Below, one piece after another: positions 49,508 to 58,858 of a stretch of DNA of 64,000 nucleotides; within the stretch, counting starts at the first letter, position 1, and each line of letters begins with the position of its first letter. Location: assembly GCA_965219455.1 (NCBI GenBank), contig OZ244744.1:4096001-4160000 (forward strand), given 5' to 3'. A program made the position numbers and the translations under genes. Origin of the DNA: Candidatus Latescibacterota bacterium (GTDB lineage: Bacteria; Latescibacterota; UBA2968; GCA-2709665). The notes beneath the pieces were generated by a model. It was not told the DNA's origin, did not search any database, and saw nothing but the letters and a program-made list of their open reading frames with translations.

Positions 49508-49652
49508 CCGCCGCCCGCGCGTTCTTCGCACGTTTACCATTTAATGTTATACATAAGTGACCAATACATATAATGGAAACAGCGCGCTTAATTCAATGTT
49601 GTCGACGATTTTAATGCGCCAACCGTGTCCCCCATCGGATCCGCCTTCCCCG

Positions 49653-49741
49653 GTAGGGGCAACCCTCGTGGTTGCCCAGGTTTACGTGGCGGTGCCTGTG
49701 TCGTCGCAGTGGGGTCGGGCGCCCACAAGGGGCGCCCCTAC
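49653..49741. repeat. GTAG-family REP doublet (REPIN-like)
   Basis: GTAGGGGCAACCCTCGTGGTTGCCC (49653-49677) and an inverted copy GGGCGCCCACAAGGGGCGCCCCTAC (49717-49741). Confidence 0.8.
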
Positions 49742-49779
49742 CAATGTTTGTGAATTCTCCTGACCTAAAGGGATACTCA

Positions 49780-50682
49780 GTGAGCATTTTTGTCGATAGC
49801 GAAACCCGCGTGGTTGTGCAGGCGATTACCGGAAACGAGGGCTCGTTTCACACGCGTCAGATGCTGGACTACGGCACCCGGATCGTAGCCGGCGTCACGC
49901 CGGGTAAGGCCGGCAATCGCGTCGACGGCGTACCGGTTTTCAATACCGTGTCGGACGCGGTCGACGCCACCGGCGCCGACGTTTCGATCGTGTTTGTTCC
50001 GGCCGCGTTTTCGGCGGACGCGATTATTGAAGCGGCAGATGCGGGCCTGGGCCTGGTTGTGTGCATCAGCGAGGGCATCCCGGTCCTGGACATGATAAAA
50101 GTAAAACACTACCTGAGTTGTCGTTCCACCCGGCTCATCGGTCCCAACTGTCCGGGAATCATCGCTCCCGGCAAAAGTAAAATCGGCATCATGCCGGCCG
50201 AGATTCACCGGAGCGGGAACGTCGGCGTCATTTCCCGCAGCGGGACATTGACCTACGAAGCCGTTGCACAACTGACCGCCCTGGGCCTCGGCCAGTCCAC
50301 GTGCGTGGGTATAGGGGGAGACCCAATTATCGGAACCAGCTTTATCGACTGTCTCGAAGCGTTCGAGAAGGATCCGGACACCGAATGCGTTGTCATTATC
50401 GGTGAGATTGGCGGCGCCGCCGAAGAACATGCGGCGCACTATGTAAAGAGTTCCTTCCACAAGCCCGTCGTCGGGTTTATCGCGGGCCAGACGGCGCCTC
50501 CCGGCAGGCGCATGGGTCACGCCGGAGCCATCATTTCCGGCGGGCAGGGCACGGCGGAAGAAAAGGTCGCCGCCCTCGAAGCCGCGGGAATCCGGGTCTG
50601 CAAAAGCCCGGCCGACATCGGCGAAACCGTGCTGGAGGTTCTGGCGGCCGGCCCGGGTCAGACATCCGCTCAATCCGGTTGA
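49780..50682 (+). CDS. sucD: Succinyl-CoA synthetase alpha subunit
   Basis: [32 protein letters not shown] and phospho-His RMGHAGA. GTG start. Confidence 0.96.
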   Translation: MSIFVDSETRVVVQAITGNEGSFHTRQMLDYGTRIVAGVTPGKAGNRVDGVPVFNTVSDAVDATGADVSIVFVPAAFSADAIIEAADAGLGLVVCISEGIPVLDMIKVKHYLSCRSTRLIGPNCPGIIAPGKSKIGIMPAEIHRSGNVGVISRSGTLTYEAVAQLTALGLGQSTCVGIGGDPIIGTSFIDCLEAFEKDPDTECVVIIGEIGGAAEEHAAHYVKSSFHKPVVGFIAGQTAPPGRRMGHAGAIISGGQGTAEEKVAALEAAGIRVCKSPADIGETVLEVLAAGPGQTSAQSG

Positions 50683-50779
50683 CTCCAGAATCGGGCGGCA
50701 ACTTGAGGGGGACGGGCGGGGAGCGTTGTGCGCGTTCCGCTTGAATCCTTGGCCGACGAAGATTGCTGGATAAAAAGGG

Positions 50780-50808
50780 TTGACAATTGAGATAATGTTC
50801 TATATCTT
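50780..50808 (+). promoter_or_regulatory. Sigma70-type promoter of the OMP-TonB receptor locus
   Basis: TTGACA - 17 nt - TATCTT in an AT-rich region. Confidence 0.6.
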
Positions 50809-50936
50809 CTCTCGATTAACCTGCTGTATTGCTTGCGAATTCAATATCTAAGCTCAAATGGTTGGTGTATGCTAAATTGCTACCGCGTAGTCGATTATCA
50901 TAAATTCCGTACGCTTGAAACAGAAGTTCCTTTTGG

Positions 50937-50973
50937 GGGCGTTGCCGGTTTGCTGGCAGGTGCGCCCTTTTTT
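50937..50973 (+). terminator. Terminator-like hairpin within the 5' leader of the OMP-TBDR operon
   Basis: GGGCG-TTGCCGG-TTTG-CTGGCAG-GTG-CGCCC followed by TTTTTT. Confidence 0.45.
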
Positions 50974-51089
50974 GTGGTTAAAAGGGGGTGGGAAATCGAG
51001 CAAGCTGCGAGAGTTTTTTTTGGGGCAGACCGTATAAGGATGTGCAGGGAGGCGGGGTCAAGTCATCGTCCAAGTGTAAGGAGGTGTTT

Positions 51090-51788
51090 ATGAAGGTGTT
51101 CAGGGTTGTTGGCCTGTTGATTCTTGTGTTCACGGTTTCAACTTGGCCCGCAGTTGCCCAGGAAGGGAATTGGGGAGTCGGCGTGTTTGCGAATTACAAC
51201 GTGCCGGTCTTCGGTCTGGGAGACTGGTACGACAACGACTCCAAGTTCGGATTGAACGCGGCCTACGTGCTTGCGTCGAACGTTACGGTGGAAATGGAGT
51301 TTCACCATGGTAATTTCAACGACGGGAGCCTGCTGACCCGCACGTTCACCTGGACCGACGGCAACGATTACACCAGCCCGAACGCGGCAAGCAATATGAG
51401 CCTGAACAGTCTGCTGGTGAACGCGCTCGTCCGCCTGCGGCAGATCGGGCAGCCGTTCGCCGCCAGCAGTTTTGCCTCGTACATCGCGGTGGGCGGCGGC
51501 TTTTACCGGTACAAGAACGACGTCAGCGGGTTGTTGTGGCCCGGGCAGACGGGAGATCTGGTCATCGAAATGGATCCGTTCACCGACCAGCGGTTTGCGC
51601 TCGGGATCAACGCCGGTCTGGGTGTCGAGGCGTTCATAATCGATAACGTGGCCGTGGACCTTCGCGCGCGTTACAATATGATGATCGGGGACCTTCGGGG
51701 CCTGGAAGACTGGGAGCTTTCCGAAACGTTCCCCCTGCAGATGCTGGACCTCGGAGCCGGGGTTAAATTCTACTTCAGCGGGAAATAG
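51090..51788 (+). CDS. Outer-membrane beta-barrel protein (OmpA/OmpW-like 8-strand)
   Basis: RBS AAGGAGG; signal peptide; amphipathic strands (YIAVGGGFY, GINAGLGVE, GAGVKFYF). Confidence 0.8.
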   Translation: MKVFRVVGLLILVFTVSTWPAVAQEGNWGVGVFANYNVPVFGLGDWYDNDSKFGLNAAYVLASNVTVEMEFHHGNFNDGSLLTRTFTWTDGNDYTSPNAASNMSLNSLLVNALVRLRQIGQPFAASSFASYIAVGGGFYRYKNDVSGLLWPGQTGDLVIEMDPFTDQRFALGINAGLGVEAFIIDNVAVDLRARYNMMIGDLRGLEDWELSETFPLQMLDLGAGVKFYFSGK

Positions 51789-51818
51789 CCGCGGAATCTT
51801 TTCGAAGGAGGTCTTCAG

Positions 51819-54800
51819 ATGAATCGATGGAAGTTGTTTGTGGCTTTGCCGGTCGCGCTCTTTGTGCTGGTGGGTTTCACCGCCGGCGCATTCGCTGGAA
51901 CTACCGGTAAACTGACCGGACGCGTCATGGATGCGGCGTCCGGCGAGCCGCTGCCGGGCGTGAATGTCGTTATTGAAGGTACGCGCAGGGGCGCCCAGAC
52001 GGATGTGGACGGATTCTATCTTGTCCTCTCGGTCGATCCCGGCAACATCACGCTGGTGGCGTCGATGGTGGGCTACAACGCGGTTTCGCAGACAGACGTG
52101 CTGATACACGCCGACTTCACCTCAACCGTCGATTTCCAGTTGAAAGAGACCGCGCTGGAAGCCGAGGAACTCGTGGTCATCGCGGAGCGCCCGCCGGTGG
52201 AGCCCGACAAGACCACCAGTCATTACGTGATGGGCGCGGAGCAACTCGAGTCGCTTCCCATGGCGCGATCGGTCACGGATCTGGTCGCGTTGAATCCGGG
52301 CGTGAACCTGACCAACGCCACCGTCATCCGCGGCGGCGACTCCAGGGACGGTATCCTGATGGTGGACGGCGTGGTGCTGCCGAACAACGACGGATACGGC
52401 CGGCAGTTCACCGGCGTCTCCAAGACCGCGGTGCAGGAAATCACGGTGATTTCAGGAGGCGCGAGTGCCGAGTACGGCAACCTGGAGTCGGGCGCGGTTT
52501 CGATCATCACGAAGGACGGCGGACGCGACTTCCGCGGCTGGGGCGACTTTCGCTATACGCCCCCGGGGCAGAAGCACTGGGGTTCCAATCTCTACGAAAG
52601 CGCGTATCACCGTGACAGGCTCAAGTGGGACAACAGGGAGTGGCGCGCGGAAACGGTGATCATTAGCGACGGAGACGATGGCGTTCCGGGAACACCCGAC
52701 GACGACGTGGGTCTGGCGCACAACGCCGTGGACTATACCGACGTCAAGGGCTCCTACATCGAGGGCGGCGTTTCTGGCCCGCTGGGCGACCAGGCCAGCT
52801 TCTTCGCGAGCGCCCGGTGGACCCGGCAGCCCACCGACGTGCTGAATACCGCCACTCGGACTGCCACGGTCGACCCGAGCCTTGGCGCCACCAGCCTCAA
52901 CAGCGTGATGTCGGGCGGGTTCCCCACGCTGAGTACTCCGCTGGATTTCCGCGGAAATGTAAAGCTGACGTTCCGCCCGGGCGCCGACGCGAAGGTGAGT
53001 ATCGGGCACATCAACTCCGTTGCGGAAGTTTACAATAGGGCAACGAACACCCAGCGCGACAGGGCTTCAAACGGTCAGAACGTCTTCCTGCCGGAGGGGT
53101 CCGGCGCGGGCGGGCGCAGAATTACCGACCAGGTCACCTATGCGTCGCTGACCCACACGGTATCCCCGAAGACGTTTTACGAAGCCAGGGTGTCGTTCTA
53201 TGCCACAGCGGAAGATACCCAAAATACCAACTGGCCGAAGGACCAGTTCGGGTTCCCCTTAACGGTATTCGGCGAGAAGGACCTCGACGGCTGGTTCAAC
53301 GTGAAGCCCAACTATGTCGCGAACTATACCATCGCGGACCGGACCCGGCTGAACCTCAAGCTGGACGTGTCTTCGCAGGTCACCAAAGGGCACTTCGTCA
53401 AGGCGGGTATGGATCTGACCCGATACAGCATCTACTACCTGAACTACAATGCGCCCAACCCTAGCCAGCGGATCGTCGACTTCATCACCCACTCCGGCAA
53501 TCTGCCCGACGCGAAAGCCCCCATCAATCCCATTCAGATCGGATTCTATCTGCAGGACAAGATGGAGTTCGAGGGCATGGTGATGAACGCGGGTATCCGG
53601 TTCGACGCGCTGTACACGAACCACGATTTCTACAATGTATCGCAGCTTCAAACGCCGCAGAACCGCTGGCTCATCAAGCACGTGGATATGATCACGGTCG
53701 ACCCGCAGTGGGCGACACAGTTCAGCCCGCGTTTCGGGATCTCCCATCCCATCACGCACCGGTCGGCCTTCCACTTTACGGCCGGACTGTACTCGAAGGT
53801 GCCCGACCTGCTGGAGTTCTTCCGCGAACAGTGGCGGGCCAACGGCCCCGACGCTAATGTGGCCTGGGATGCGTTCCGGGGTCTGCACGGGCAGGTCCGG
53901 ATGGCGAACCCCTACGTTTCCCTCACGCGTACCCGGGCTTACGAGGCGGGCGCCGACTGGAACTTCGTGGCCGACTATACGGCGGGTATGGCGGCCTACT
54001 ACAAGAGCGCCCTGGGCAAGATCAACTCCGGAAGCCGGTACTGGTACGAGCCGCAGCGGACAACGTGGGTCTGGGGCCGCAAGCCCAGCGGTTTCCAGGA
54101 CATGAGAGGGTTTGAGCTGCACGTGCGCAAGGGCTTCAGCCACTACTTCTCTTTCAACGCGGCGATCAACTTCGGTTGGGCGTCCTCCGCGCGCGTGGGT
54201 TCCAACGCCACCATGTTCTATCCCGATTCCTCGTATGTGATGAATTCCGATCAGTATCACACCTGGGAGTGGAACGGTTCCTCGTACGCGCGCAAAGACT
54301 ATACGCTGGAAGAGCGGATGGAATTCGCCGGAAGGGCGGCCAGGAACTGGCGGGGCCGCTCCAACGCCATGATCAACGGCTATCAATACGTTGTCTTCGA
54401 GTTCATGGATATCCAGAAGGCCTACGACGCGCCTGCAAATATGAACGGCGTGTGGCAGCCCACCTACGGCGGCGGCCGGCTGTTCAACCCGAAGAGTTCC
54501 GACCTTCGTATCCAGTCGAGTCTCTCGCTGTATCTGGACACGCCCACGGACTTCGGTCCGGGGCTGCGCCAGTTCCACGTGGCGGGCGGCCTGCGCGCGA
54601 ATATGGTCTGGCGTATCCAGAGCGGCCGTCCCCAGTGGTACACGCCGCCTGGCAAGCAGCCGGAGTTGCGCCACAGGCCTATCCGGACCTGGACAGACCT
54701 GCAGGTTGAGAAGACGCTCGTGGAAGGCGGGCACCGGAACGCTATTTTCTACGTCGAGGTGTTCAACCTGTTCAACCAGCAGGACAGCCCGGTAGCCGGT

Positions 54801-54944
54801 TCCTATCCTGACTTCGTGCGGTGGGGTCTGAACGTCCCCAGGCCAAACGACGGGGACTACCTGACGTACGGCGACTACAACGAGTTGACCCGGTACTACG
54901 GAAAGCCGCGCGAGTTTGGCGTGGGTCTGAGAATCAACTTCTGA
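51819..54944 (+). CDS. TonB-dependent receptor with N-terminal carboxypeptidase-regulatory-like domain
   Basis: GKLTGRV.D...GEPLPGVNV; plug IRGG...VDG and GG.SAEYG...GAV.IITK; NAGIRFD; SPRFGISHPI; NLFN; terminal RINF. Confidence 0.92.
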   Translation: MNRWKLFVALPVALFVLVGFTAGAFAGTTGKLTGRVMDAASGEPLPGVNVVIEGTRRGAQTDVDGFYLVLSVDPGNITLVASMVGYNAVSQTDVLIHADFTSTVDFQLKETALEAEELVVIAERPPVEPDKTTSHYVMGAEQLESLPMARSVTDLVALNPGVNLTNATVIRGGDSRDGILMVDGVVLPNNDGYGRQFTGVSKTAVQEITVISGGASAEYGNLESGAVSIITKDGGRDFRGWGDFRYTPPGQKHWGSNLYESAYHRDRLKWDNREWRAETVIISDGDDGVPGTPDDDVGLAHNAVDYTDVKGSYIEGGVSGPLGDQASFFASARWTRQPTDVLNTATRTATVDPSLGATSLNSVMSGGFPTLSTPLDFRGNVKLTFRPGADAKVSIGHINSVAEVYNRATNTQRDRASNGQNVFLPEGSGAGGRRITDQVTYASLTHTVSPKTFYEARVSFYATAEDTQNTNWPKDQFGFPLTVFGEKDLDGWFNVKPNYVANYTIADRTRLNLKLDVSSQVTKGHFVKAGMDLTRYSIYYLNYNAPNPSQRIVDFITHSGNLPDAKAPINPIQIGFYLQDKMEFEGMVMNAGIRFDALYTNHDFYNVSQLQTPQNRWLIKHVDMITVDPQWATQFSPRFGISHPITHRSAFHFTAGLYSKVPDLLEFFREQWRANGPDANVAWDAFRGLHGQVRMANPYVSLTRTRAYEAGADWNFVADYTAGMAAYYKSALGKINSGSRYWYEPQRTTWVWGRKPSGFQDMRGFELHVRKGFSHYFSFNAAINFGWASSARVGSNATMFYPDSSYVMNSDQYHTWEWNGSSYARKDYTLEERMEFAGRAARNWRGRSNAMINGYQYVVFEFMDIQKAYDAPANMNGVWQPTYGGGRLFNPKSSDLRIQSSLSLYLDTPTDFGPGLRQFHVAGGLRANMVWRIQSGRPQWYTPPGKQPELRHRPIRTWTDLQVEKTLVEGGHRNAIFYVEVFNLFNQQDSPVAGSYPDFVRWGLNVPRPNDGDYLTYGDYNELTRYYGKPREFGVGLRINF

Positions 54945-54960
54945 GTATGGCAAACCATTC

Positions 54961-54991
54961 GGGGGCGGGCGGTTTTTCCCGCCCCCTTTTT
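54961..54991 (+). terminator. Intra-operon hairpin/terminator after the TBDR
   Basis: GGGGGCGGG-N8-CCCGCCCCC followed by TTTTT, 18 nt before the next start codon. Confidence 0.6.
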
Positions 54992-55009
54992 AGAAAGGGA
55001 GAAGCAAGT

Positions 55010-57397
55010 ATGAAACCAGGCATCAAGCTTATGGCGCTTGTCTGCGGCTTGCTCCTGCCAGTGGGCGCCTGGGCTGTAGACCAGAGCGACACCCCGAGGC
55101 TGTCGACCAGCCGGGGGCACGTCCAGGTCAGCTGGAACACGGATGGAACCATGGGCGGGTGGAACTTGGGAAGCGGGCAGACGGGCGAGCCGGATATGTT
55201 CTGGTACCCCGGCTGGGCCAACATCCCCGCGAGCAACGCGAGTTCCAACTATACCCGCCGGGGCGGCAACGCCGTTGGTTTCGGCACCTGGATCATGGTG
55301 GTGGGGCCCGGGGGCGTGGATGCGGCATGGACCGGTCCCAGGGGCAAAAGCGTCGGTATCACCCCGCTGGTGTACGATCCGTCCAGCGGGCCCGAGGTGG
55401 GTCTCGGCGCGGCAACGGAGTGGGAGCAGGGGCGTTACGGGGCGTTCTCGCCGTCCAGCAACTACTGGCCGGGCGTGGACGTGCCGGATGAGATGGACAC
55501 CAGCGCGCCGCCCAGACTCATCCATAACTTCTCGCCCGGTGAATACACGCCGGACGATGCGTTTGCCGAAGAGATTCTGATTACCAAGTGGAACAACAGG
55601 TTCGACATCACGATAACCCGGAAGGTCCACAACTGGGCTCACCAGATGTTCGACGATTTTGTCATCGTGGAATACACGCTCGAAAATATCGGCAGCACCC
55701 GTCACAACGAGGTGTACCTGCCGCTGGTGGCCACCTGGAAAGTCAACGAGACGGCGGACAACAACCAGGGCGGCGGCCGCTGGTGGCGGTGGTTGGACCA
55801 ATCTCTCGACGATCACTTTCGCTACACCGAGGCCGGCAACTACGTGGACGGCGGCCCCGGCGGCCCGGTGTCCATCAGCGCGGCCCGCGTGCAGGGTCTC
55901 AAGCTGAGCTATCAGTTCGACGGCGACAGCCCGTTCAGGGCCTGGGAAGACACCGGCGACCCGTGGATCAAGGATATCGAAACCTCCGACCTCAAGGAGA
56001 TGGCCTTCCCCGACGGCAAACTGGCTTCGCATTCCTTTGTGGGCATGGCGCCGATCGCCTTCGCCGACAACGCTGCAGACCCGAGACACTCGTTCAATAT
56101 GCACGATGCCGGTCAGTACGTGCAACCCGAAGGGGACCAGCCGGTCTACCAGGGCTGGTGGAACGTACGCACCACCGCCGACTACGACGAGCCGGTCCTC
56201 GAGGGCGAGACCCCAGCAGAGGCGTTCGCCAAGCTGACCGCAACCTCCGCGCAGGACAACCCCACCGACGTGGGCGGTTTCACGAACGCGCAGGTGTACG
56301 GTCCCTGGGCATTGGGTCCTGGCGAAAAGGCGAAGGTCGTGGTGGCGTACGTGGCCGGCTCCGGCGCGGAGTATGCCGGCCCTGGCAAGTCGCCAATAGA
56401 CATCTGGCAGTGGTCGGTCACGGCCGACAAGGCCAGCTTTTTTCAGGGCGAGCAGGCGATTGTAGAACACCTGGAGCACGCGATATTCGCCTATCAGAGC
56501 GGTTTTGATATCCCGGATGGTCCTCCCGACATCGACGTCTACGCGAAGAGCGACGAAAACGCCAAGGTGAAGCTGTTCTGGGCCGCCGAGGCCCAGGGCG
56601 CCATTCATCCCGACTACGATGCGGCCGACGTGGCCGGATTCCGCGTCTATCGCGGGCTGCGGGGAACGCTCACGGCCACGGGGCCGTTCTCGCTGGTCGC
56701 CGACCTGCCGGTGGGTGGGCCGCTGCCGGCGGGTGTCACGTACGATGCCGGCGCGGATTGGCCGGTAGCTGCAGCCGAGGGCGACGACGTCTCGGCTGGA
56801 AGCCTGGCTATTCAGGCCAGCCAGGGGCGGCGGGCGGGCCGACCGGGAATGTACGGCTGGTCCGACGCGAGTTCCAATGCCGGATTCTTCTATTACTACA
56901 GCGTGCGGGCCTACCAGAAGCCGCATGATGACTGGGTGAACAACGACGGCACCAAGACCTTCGCGGATCTCCCGCCCAGGGCGCAGAAGTTTCTCCAGAA
57001 TGGGCAGGAGGGGCCGTATTCCAACTTCCTCCAGGTGAACCGGGGGTCCCCGCAGTTGCCGTTCGTGGCTGCCGCGGACGCATTGGAACGCGATATCGTG
57101 GTGGTCCCGAACCCGTACATGGCCAACGGCACCAACGAGTACGGCGGCGGTCTGAGTATCCGGTTTGTAAACGTGCCTTCCAACTCGTACATTTATATCT
57201 TCAACACCGCCGGGCAGCTGATCCAGGTATTGCGCCAGAAGGGTAACCGGTCCAGTGAGACCAGGTGGAACGGCCGTCCTTATTCGACCATCCGGGCGAT
57301 TGTCGGCCCGGGAATCTATTTCTATGCCGTGCACGGCGTGGAAGGTTCGGCAGGCGCCGGAAAGATCAAGACCGGCACATTTGTGGTGATCCGTTAA
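55010..57397 (+). CDS. Secreted protein with Fn3-like region and T9SS-type C-terminal sorting-like domain
   Basis: Signal peptide; DDFVIVEY..EN; GFRVYR and YYYSVRAY; C-terminus IVVVPNPY...IRFVNVP...IYIFNTAGQLI...WNG...GIYFY.V...GTFVVIR. Confidence 0.75.
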   Translation: MKPGIKLMALVCGLLLPVGAWAVDQSDTPRLSTSRGHVQVSWNTDGTMGGWNLGSGQTGEPDMFWYPGWANIPASNASSNYTRRGGNAVGFGTWIMVVGPGGVDAAWTGPRGKSVGITPLVYDPSSGPEVGLGAATEWEQGRYGAFSPSSNYWPGVDVPDEMDTSAPPRLIHNFSPGEYTPDDAFAEEILITKWNNRFDITITRKVHNWAHQMFDDFVIVEYTLENIGSTRHNEVYLPLVATWKVNETADNNQGGGRWWRWLDQSLDDHFRYTEAGNYVDGGPGGPVSISAARVQGLKLSYQFDGDSPFRAWEDTGDPWIKDIETSDLKEMAFPDGKLASHSFVGMAPIAFADNAADPRHSFNMHDAGQYVQPEGDQPVYQGWWNVRTTADYDEPVLEGETPAEAFAKLTATSAQDNPTDVGGFTNAQVYGPWALGPGEKAKVVVAYVAGSGAEYAGPGKSPIDIWQWSVTADKASFFQGEQAIVEHLEHAIFAYQSGFDIPDGPPDIDVYAKSDENAKVKLFWAAEAQGAIHPDYDAADVAGFRVYRGLRGTLTATGPFSLVADLPVGGPLPAGVTYDAGADWPVAAAEGDDVSAGSLAIQASQGRRAGRPGMYGWSDASSNAGFFYYYSVRAYQKPHDDWVNNDGTKTFADLPPRAQKFLQNGQEGPYSNFLQVNRGSPQLPFVAAADALERDIVVVPNPYMANGTNEYGGGLSIRFVNVPSNSYIYIFNTAGQLIQVLRQKGNRSSETRWNGRPYSTIRAIVGPGIYFYAVHGVEGSAGAGKIKTGTFVVIR

Positions 57398-57427
57398 CGA
57401 ACCTCTCGACGTTTAAGGAGAATCGCT

Positions 57428-58471
57428 ATGAAAAAAGGATGGATCATCTTGGGGTTGGTCCTCGTGACCGTCGCTCTCCTTTCCGTGAAGCCGGCGCTGG
57501 CCGTTGAGCAGCCGGCGCCCGGAGCCGAGACGCGCAAAGGGGCGTTGATCGATCCGAAGATGGAGAACGTAGACAAGGCCTGGGGTCTGTGGGCCGAACG
57601 GGTTGGGCTTTCGGAATTCCCCTTCCTGAAGATCGGCCAGGGCGCCCGCGCCGAGGCCATGGGCGGGGCTTACACGGCCATTGCGGACGATATCTCGTCC
57701 GCGTTCTGGAACGCCGCGGGTCTGGGGCACATCGAAAACGTGGCCTATACCCTCAATTACACCCGCTGGCTGGCCAATTCATCAGTGGTTTCCGGCGCGC
57801 TGGCCTTCAATGCCGGGTTCGGAATCATCGGGTTTACGTTCACCAGTTTCGCGCCGGAAGAGTTCGAAGTCACCACGCCCACGGCCCCCTGGGGTACCGG
57901 CACGATGGCGCAGGTGGGGGATATTGCCCTTGGCGCTGTTTTTGCCAAAAAGATGACCGATAAATTCATGCTGGGCGGTCAGATCCGCTGGATGCAGGAA
58001 GATCTCTACCTGGAGAAGGTGTCCACGCTCGACTACAGCATCGGCACCCACTTTTACACCGGGTATCGCAGCAGCCGGATTGCCATGAGTTTCCGGAACC
58101 TGGGTCCGAACGTCAAGGCGACGGAGGGCGGTTTCACGGCCGCCATGCCCACCACCTACTCCCTTGGCGGAGCCATGGAGATTTTCGGTCAGAAGGGCGA
58201 TCCCGGATACTTCACGCTTTCGCTCGAGCACGAGTTCGTGACGGACTTCCGGCCGATTACCCGCGTGGGCGGGGAACTCTGGCTGGAAAACACGTTGGCG
58301 CTTCGCGCGGGTTACCGGACGCATACGGCTCTCGAAAGCTGGAGCGTCGGCGCCGGCCTGAAGCACGAACTGGCGGGCGGTCAGCTGATCACCGTGGATC
58401 TCTCCTACCATAACCCGGATCTGGGTATTTTCGATCCTCCGTTGCGTCTGTCCGTGGGCGGGACGTTCTAA
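57428..58471 (+). CDS. PorV/PorQ-like outer-membrane beta-barrel
   Basis: FLKIGQGARAEAMGGAYTAIADD.S..FWNAAGL signature; terminal Phe. Confidence 0.88.
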   Translation: MKKGWIILGLVLVTVALLSVKPALAVEQPAPGAETRKGALIDPKMENVDKAWGLWAERVGLSEFPFLKIGQGARAEAMGGAYTAIADDISSAFWNAAGLGHIENVAYTLNYTRWLANSSVVSGALAFNAGFGIIGFTFTSFAPEEFEVTTPTAPWGTGTMAQVGDIALGAVFAKKMTDKFMLGGQIRWMQEDLYLEKVSTLDYSIGTHFYTGYRSSRIAMSFRNLGPNVKATEGGFTAAMPTTYSLGGAMEIFGQKGDPGYFTLSLEHEFVTDFRPITRVGGELWLENTLALRAGYRTHTALESWSVGAGLKHELAGGQLITVDLSYHNPDLGIFDPPLRLSVGGTF

Positions 58472-58494
58472 GGGCGTGACGCGCGCTAAACATA

Positions 58495-58530
58495 AAGGGG
58501 GGCGGTCCCGCGGGATCGTCCTCCTTTCTT
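58495..58530 (+). terminator. Intrinsic terminator after the PorV-like gene
   Basis: AAGGGGGGCGGTCCC-GC-GGGATCGTCCTCCTT stem (with G-U pairs) followed by a T-rich tail. Confidence 0.6.
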
Positions 58531-58555
58531 GTTATAGGTGAAACAAAGAAGCACT

Positions 58556-58619
58556 CAGCAATCAGTTTTCAGCAGTCAGCTTGAATCAAAGACCCAATCA
58601 TTTGACTTCAGCGCCGTGA
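58556..58619 (+). repeat. 64-bp dispersed repeat, copy 2
   Basis: CAGCAATCAGTTTTCAGCAGTCAGCTTGAATCAAAGACCCAATCATTTGACTTCAGCGCCGTGA matches the reverse complement of 12989-13052. Confidence 0.8.
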
Positions 58620-58645
58620 AGCGGCAGGACCAGAAGGGGGCGCGA

Positions 58646-58669
58646 CGAGGGCAAGATGCCCTCGCTCCC
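58646..58669. repeat. REP-like palindrome
   Basis: CGAGGGCA-AGA-TGCCCTCG-CTCCC. Confidence 0.5.
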
Positions 58670-58858
58670 ATCCGAAATCCGTTTCCTGTTTGAATATCGC
58701 GGGAGTCCGTTGCGGACGTCTGGATTTTCTGCAACCAAATACGACTATGGGCATCATAGATGTTACGGGGAGCGGGAACACGGTTTCCGCTGCTGCGCCG
58801 GGGAGACGACGCGTTCGGCCTGACGTATTGATGCCAACCTGAAACGAGGAAGAAAACG

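Noticed and set aside
48701-49540. Long antisense ORFs over rpiA and sucD (48701-49540, 49777-50673)
   Set aside because: Shadows of conserved housekeeping genes.
50810-51089. Cobalamin riboswitch upstream of the TBDR
   Set aside because: No B12-box (GCCACTG) or GGGAA core found. Kept only as an unknown leader.
54896-57334. 812-aa antisense ORF (also 53259-54953, 564 aa)
   Set aside because: Shadow ORFs opposite well-supported genes. High-GC codon bias removes antisense stops and the translations carry no family motifs.
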